The notes under the pieces: model-generated
Told to the model about the DNA's origin: nothing
Databases searched by the model: none
Seen by the model: the letters and a program-made list of their open reading frames with translations, nothing else
Source: a virus
Strand: one strand, 5' to 3'
Virus record (IMG/VR): IMGVR_UViG_3300002098_000002
Length of the DNA: 64,000 nucleotides
Program-made: the position numbers and the translations under genes
Shown: piece by piece, positions 60,030 through 64,000 of the stretch
Layout of the letters: each line of letters opens with the position of its first letter
Position numbering within the stretch: the first letter of the stretch is position 1

Positions 60030-60710
60030 TTAAAAGGTTGGAACCCAACTGTCGATGTTTTCTTCCGTAAGGTCCTCAACTTCGGCAGATAGGTAAAGGG
60101 AACGCTCATACAAAGCTGACCATTCCTTGGACAGATCGTTCTTCAGCTTGATGAACTCATTATCTTCATCAGTCCTATCCTTTGCCTTCTTGGCATTACC
60201 CAACATAGCTTTAAACTCGATAAGCTTGGCTTTTCCCTTTGGCATAAGGTCATCAAATTTCTCCTGCATAAGTACGCTTATTTTATGCAGTAGAAGATCC
60301 TTTTTATCCTGCAAGGTTGGTGCAGCCGGTGTGTCATCGATGATTTCATAAGGAAGGATTACAAAATCATCAGGCTTACCCGGTGCCTGAACCCTTCCAA
60401 TGCACTGCTCAATAAGATCAGGCGCTGTAGGGCGCGGTTCGCCGGGGTGTGCAGCAATTGCTGCGCGTGCAGGCTTGCCCGGAATAGCTGGTCTACCGGG
60501 CCTTGCAGGCTTGATGATATCGCCCCTACGGTTCGTAACTGCTGGCGTGTCTTTAATAGCTGGTTGAGGCGGTATGGCAGGGGCACCCGGCACATACTGA
60601 CGGGCAGGCTCAGAAAACCTGTGAGCAAGCAACGCCTGACGGCACTCCTCCACTGCCGCAGCAAAGTCGGGTGCAATTTTATCTGCATCTGATTTAAGGA
60701 TCGTGATCAT
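60030..60710 (-). CDS. hypothetical head-module protein
   Basis: 226 aa with a Pro/Ala-rich centre. Confidence 0.55.
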   Translation of the reverse strand: MITILKSDADKIAPDFAAAVEECRQALLAHRFSEPARQYVPGAPAIPPQPAIKDTPAVTNRRGDIIKPARPGRPAIPGKPARAAIAAHPGEPRPTAPDLIEQCIGRVQAPGKPDDFVILPYEIIDDTPAAPTLQDKKDLLLHKISVLMQEKFDDLMPKGKAKLIEFKAMLGNAKKAKDRTDEDNEFIKLKNDLSKEWSALYERSLYLSAEVEDLTEENIDSWVPTF

Positions 60711-61031
60711 TTAATGCCCCTGTAGCTGACGTATTGCACGCCTGATTTCGTTTCGCCTGTCTGTACGGCTCAGTTGTACAGGCTTCCGTGGTTTTGTAAC
60801 TGTAGCTAGCTCGTTGCCCACTTCCACACACCCAGCGCGTTTAGTGGCCTTTCTGAACTCGGATTTGCTGTCATAATGCTTTCCATCAGCCATATGGCGT
60901 GTCATGCCCATGGAATCACTGATAACACCGGGCGCTGATGCTGGTTCATAGTCTGAACCAATCAGATCAACGTCAACAGTTCCAAATTCGTCAGCTAGCG
61001 GATGATTTGGCCTATAAATATAACGACTCAT
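60711..61031 (-). CDS. hypothetical head-module protein
   Basis: 106 aa immediately after the portal gene. Confidence 0.55.
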   Translation of the reverse strand: MSRYIYRPNHPLADEFGTVDVDLIGSDYEPASAPGVISDSMGMTRHMADGKHYDSKSEFRKATKRAGCVEVGNELATVTKPRKPVQLSRTDRRNEIRRAIRQLQGH

Positions 61032-61033
61032 AC

Positions 61034-63670
61034 TTAACCCTCTTTTTTCACAGGTGGTGCAGGATCTGGCTTCTTGGCTTCACGGTCAACACGCATTTGT
61101 TCAATCTCAAGTTTCATAGCTTGCGTCTCTTTTTGGAACTCAAGCTTCATTTCTTGTACCCGCCTCTGGTAATCAAGGTCCCTTGCTTGTGCTTCCCTCT
61201 CCAAGGAAGCCTGCATTTCCATCATTCTCATATCCATAGACTTCCCTTGCAGGTCAGCCTGTGCATTTGCAGCTTCACCTTGGTTCTCAATGCGCTGACG
61301 CTCAACCTCGGCAGCATCTTGCTGCTGCTGTGCCATGGCTTCTTGCTGAGCGGCTTGTGCATCCGCAGCCATTTTGGCTTTTTCGTTAGCACTCTTGTCT
61401 TGAAGTGACTGTGCGGTGGCTTTGGCCTTCAACATAGTAGCTTCGGCAGTGATCTGACGTGGATCCTGCTTTTGCATCATCTGTTCTTGATGCTGCTTCG
61501 CCAATTTTGGCGCTTCATCACAGAAATCCTCAATCGCGGACTCAAGATCACGGCCAACACGGAAGCCACGCACGCCAAACTGCAAGAATTTGCCCAAAAG
61601 TGGTGCAATTTCAGGGAGTTGTGACGTAATAGCCATGGTTTGCTGGATATACTGCGTAACTGTCTGCAAGAATTGGGTACGATCGGCCTTTTCCTGAGCC
61701 GAATCGCCATAAACAGTAGAATCTACCTCAATATCCACCCTAAATCCGCGCAAACGTTCGTTACGGATAAGGGCAATAGCCTTCCCAATGCGCTGAATGG
61801 CCTCCATTTTGGCCAGCATTTCAGGATTAGGCGGTGGAGGCGGCGGCAACATGCCGGGACCCGGTGGCATTTGCGGGCCACCAGCCATAGGCGGTGGTGG
61901 ACTTGCTGGGAACGGAATTACATTACCACCCATAGCTGGGGGTGGATTAGCAGCCCCCATAGGTGGCATAGGGGGCGGCGGTGGGCCACCCGGTCCAGCC
62001 ATAGGCATTGGGGGCGGAGGAGCGCCACCAGCCATAGGTGGTGCCCCCGGTGGCGGCATTGGGGGCGCACCCATAGGCGGTCCACCATTGTGCCCCATCA
62101 TTGGGGGTGCTGGCGGTGGTGGATTTAGTGCCGTCAGGTCAGGCATATCATCAGGGCCTAAACCTTCCTCATACAAAGCACCTGAAACCTCAATCAGGGA
62201 CTGTGGTGAGAAATGCTGCGCCATGATATCGGCCATGATCCGCACAGTGTCACGGGCAAGGCGTGCCACTTCGTTCTGGCGGCGCTGAAGGCGTGTACCT
62301 GTGTTGTTGGTCTTAAGGCGCTGACCACCTAAGGTTTCACGGGGGTCTGTAGTACCGCGCATAACGTCATTGATACCGGTAAGCCGGTCCAACTCAACAA
62401 TTTGCTTTTCCTTCATTTGCTGAAGTTCGTTAATAACGCCGATGATTTCCTTCAGCGGCATAAACGATATGTTGCCAGCAACACCGCCCTTTTCAGCGAA
62501 GGCAGCCCAATCATCAACAGGGATCAATTGGTTCTCAACAGACTCGTCAAACAGCCGCGCAATGTCCTTGGCAGCGGCATTGTAAACACCGGCCACCTTA
62601 CATGCCTTAACGAGCATGTAGACGCGCTGGGTCAGTTCATCAACCTGCGCAGCCTGATCCTGATATTCCATATAGTCTGGGACAGGTACAAGCGTGCCAT
62701 TGGTTTGGTTTGAAAAGATAGGGCGTGGGCAGGGGAAGAACTTCTCAAGGTTGAGCGGATCGTCCTTGCGGTCACAAAGGAAGTCATAGCCTTCAGCAAT
62801 CCAGAAAACGGCCTTGTCAACCATTGACCAGATTTCAAAGACTTCACCCTTATCGTCAGGCGCTTCCTTTTGCGCGCCGTCACGCTGGTCACGGTCGTCC
62901 TTCTGCAAAGGAACGGCCTTACCAATGGTTTTGCCGAAGCGTTGAACCATCTGATCGCGCGTCATGTAAACGCGCTTACCTACAGCAGTGACTTCCTTCC
63001 AAGTACGGGCATTGAATGGAATGATGAAGAAGTCTTCCCAGTTGATAAAATCAACAGGGGTGGATTCACGGGTGATGCGGTCGCCAGTTTCACGCAGTTT
63101 TACTGCGTCTGGTGACATATCCTCGTCATCATCATCATGCTCGCCATCATTGCCGTCAGTATCAAGCTGGCCTTCAGAGACCAGCGATACGCCGGGGCCA
63201 ATTTCAGGCTCATAGCGAACCCACAGGGTGCCACGGCCAGCCAGCAAGTAGTCGCCAACAGCCTGTTCCATGGCTTCATTGAAGCCACAGATTTCAATTT
63301 CATTGCGGAGGGCACGCTCAAGAATTTGAGCAGCGCCACGGCCAACCGGGTCCTTATCCCTGAAACGGCGTTCAGCCATAGGGGTAGGGCACTTGCCATA
63401 GATGGCAGGCGTCAGAATTTCAATGTTAGACCACAGTACGTTGTAACGGCGCGAACCGTCTTCAACTGAGCGCGTGCGCTCGTCCCTATAACGGCGCTCA
63501 ATGGCGTAAGCACGCTTCTGCCAGCGCTTATTCCGGGTATCGTCTTTAATGTTCTGAAGCTGTTTATGCCAAAAAGAGGCCAGTTCACGGCCTTCATCAC
63601 CAGCATCCGGGCCAACCAGCTCGTCTACATCAGGTTCGCGAATCCGCTCGCGTGGTAGTCTAGTCGCCAC
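61034..63670 (-). CDS. portal protein with Pro/Met/Gly-rich insertion and C-terminal coiled coil
   Basis: 878 aa, the largest head-module ORF. RRYNVLWSNIEILTPAIYGKCPTPMAERRF...DPVGRGAAQILERAL resembles the conserved N-terminal portal segment of podoviruses as I recall it. The position upstream of scaffold and capsid fits. Confidence 0.65.
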   Translation of the reverse strand: MATRLPRERIREPDVDELVGPDAGDEGRELASFWHKQLQNIKDDTRNKRWQKRAYAIERRYRDERTRSVEDGSRRYNVLWSNIEILTPAIYGKCPTPMAERRFRDKDPVGRGAAQILERALRNEIEICGFNEAMEQAVGDYLLAGRGTLWVRYEPEIGPGVSLVSEGQLDTDGNDGEHDDDDEDMSPDAVKLRETGDRITRESTPVDFINWEDFFIIPFNARTWKEVTAVGKRVYMTRDQMVQRFGKTIGKAVPLQKDDRDQRDGAQKEAPDDKGEVFEIWSMVDKAVFWIAEGYDFLCDRKDDPLNLEKFFPCPRPIFSNQTNGTLVPVPDYMEYQDQAAQVDELTQRVYMLVKACKVAGVYNAAAKDIARLFDESVENQLIPVDDWAAFAEKGGVAGNISFMPLKEIIGVINELQQMKEKQIVELDRLTGINDVMRGTTDPRETLGGQRLKTNNTGTRLQRRQNEVARLARDTVRIMADIMAQHFSPQSLIEVSGALYEEGLGPDDMPDLTALNPPPPAPPMMGHNGGPPMGAPPMPPPGAPPMAGGAPPPPMPMAGPGGPPPPPMPPMGAANPPPAMGGNVIPFPASPPPPMAGGPQMPPGPGMLPPPPPPNPEMLAKMEAIQRIGKAIALIRNERLRGFRVDIEVDSTVYGDSAQEKADRTQFLQTVTQYIQQTMAITSQLPEIAPLLGKFLQFGVRGFRVGRDLESAIEDFCDEAPKLAKQHQEQMMQKQDPRQITAEATMLKAKATAQSLQDKSANEKAKMAADAQAAQQEAMAQQQQDAAEVERQRIENQGEAANAQADLQGKSMDMRMMEMQASLEREAQARDLDYQRRVQEMKLEFQKETQAMKLEIEQMRVDREAKKPDPAPPVKKEG

Positions 63671-63851
63671 TGGTGACCCTTTCTACTTTTTTGTGAAATA
63701 CCATTTTTGCTTTATGGTCCATCACGAAGAACTTATAGCCCGGTGCTGATTTGTAAGTCAAAAGGACATGCAGGAGCAGGGGCTTATATTTTTCATCCAT
63801 ATCACTTCTTTCAATCCAAACTAAAGGTGCTGGGCCTAGTTGGATTGGCAT
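63660..63851 (-). CDS. small hypothetical protein
   Basis: The internal ATG at 63851 (MPIQLG) follows AAGGA and lies 10 nt after the stop of the partial HTH ORF. The longer ORF-track version (to 63983) overlaps that ORF. Confidence 0.45.
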   Translation of the reverse strand: MPIQLGPAPLVWIERSDMDEKYKPLLLHVLLTYKSAPGYKFFVMDHKAKMVFHKKVERVTSGD

Positions 63852-63861
63852 CAGGCTATCC

Positions 63862-64000
63862 TTAAAGGTGCTTCCACGTTTTACGTACCCGTATCTCGTG
63901 CACCCTTGACACACCAATTCCGAAATCTTTGGCAACTTCTCGTAAAAGCCTTTTGTCAGCACGGATTGCCAGAACCTGTTCAACCGTTAATTTGGCTCGC
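63862..64000 (-). CDS. C-terminal fragment of an HTH-containing protein
   Basis: Open to the window edge. It reads RAKLTVEQVLAIRADKRLLREVAKDFGIGVSRVHEIRVRKTWKHL, an HTH pattern common in homing-endonuclease-associated and small regulatory proteins. Confidence 0.5.
   Translation of the reverse strand, partial: RAKLTVEQVLAIRADKRLLREVAKDFGIGVSRVHEIRVRKTWKHL

Noticed and set aside
61640-62288. Plus-strand ORFs 61640-62128 and 61797-62288 (Gly/Trp/Arg-rich).
   Set aside because: They are antisense shadow of the Pro-rich portal insertion (CCN codons read as NGG).

Overview
The window looks like a contiguous piece of a large tailed-phage or prophage genome, with two convergent arms that meet near 32.8 kb. 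The plus-strand arm (1-32783) starts with small early genes, including three tandem LPDEID-tail paralogs and a pair of glycosyltransferase-like genes. It continues with a roughly 6.5 kb tRNA array. By manual folding I find 24 cloverleaf tRNAs, one aberrant tRNA-like gene and one tRNA 3' fragment. All encode CCA. HNH endonuclease genes, a RusA-like gene, an SPFH-like membrane protein and structured non-coding spacers are interleaved among them. The rest of this arm is a replication and recombination module. It encodes a DnaB-like helicase, SNF2 helicase, FkbM-type methyltransferase, primase, ECF-like sigma factor, DNA methyltransferase, beta-clamp, UDG-like/PolA fusion, DnaX-like clamp loader, SSB-like protein, RecA-like ATPase, PD-(D/E)XK nuclease and SbcD/SbcC-like proteins. 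The minus-strand arm (64000 down to 32821) is a podovirus-like virion and lysis module. In transcription order it has a portal with a Pro/Met/Gly-rich insert, scaffold, major capsid, a GIY-YIG gene and a Gly-rich repeat fibre. These are followed by a TPR/GT9 glycosyltransferase, many structural ORFs, a GNAT, a transglycosylase-bearing internal protein, tail-collar fibres and an HNH-AP2 gene. The arm ends with a GH25 endolysin, a holin-like protein, overlapped spanin-like genes and a secreted peptidase-like gene. I saw no CRISPR array, rRNA, integrase, reverse transcriptase or terminase in the window. All calls come from reading the sequence and ORF translations by eye, with no database search. 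Family names are motif-based recognitions, and the tRNA folds, promoters and ncRNA candidates need computational confirmation.
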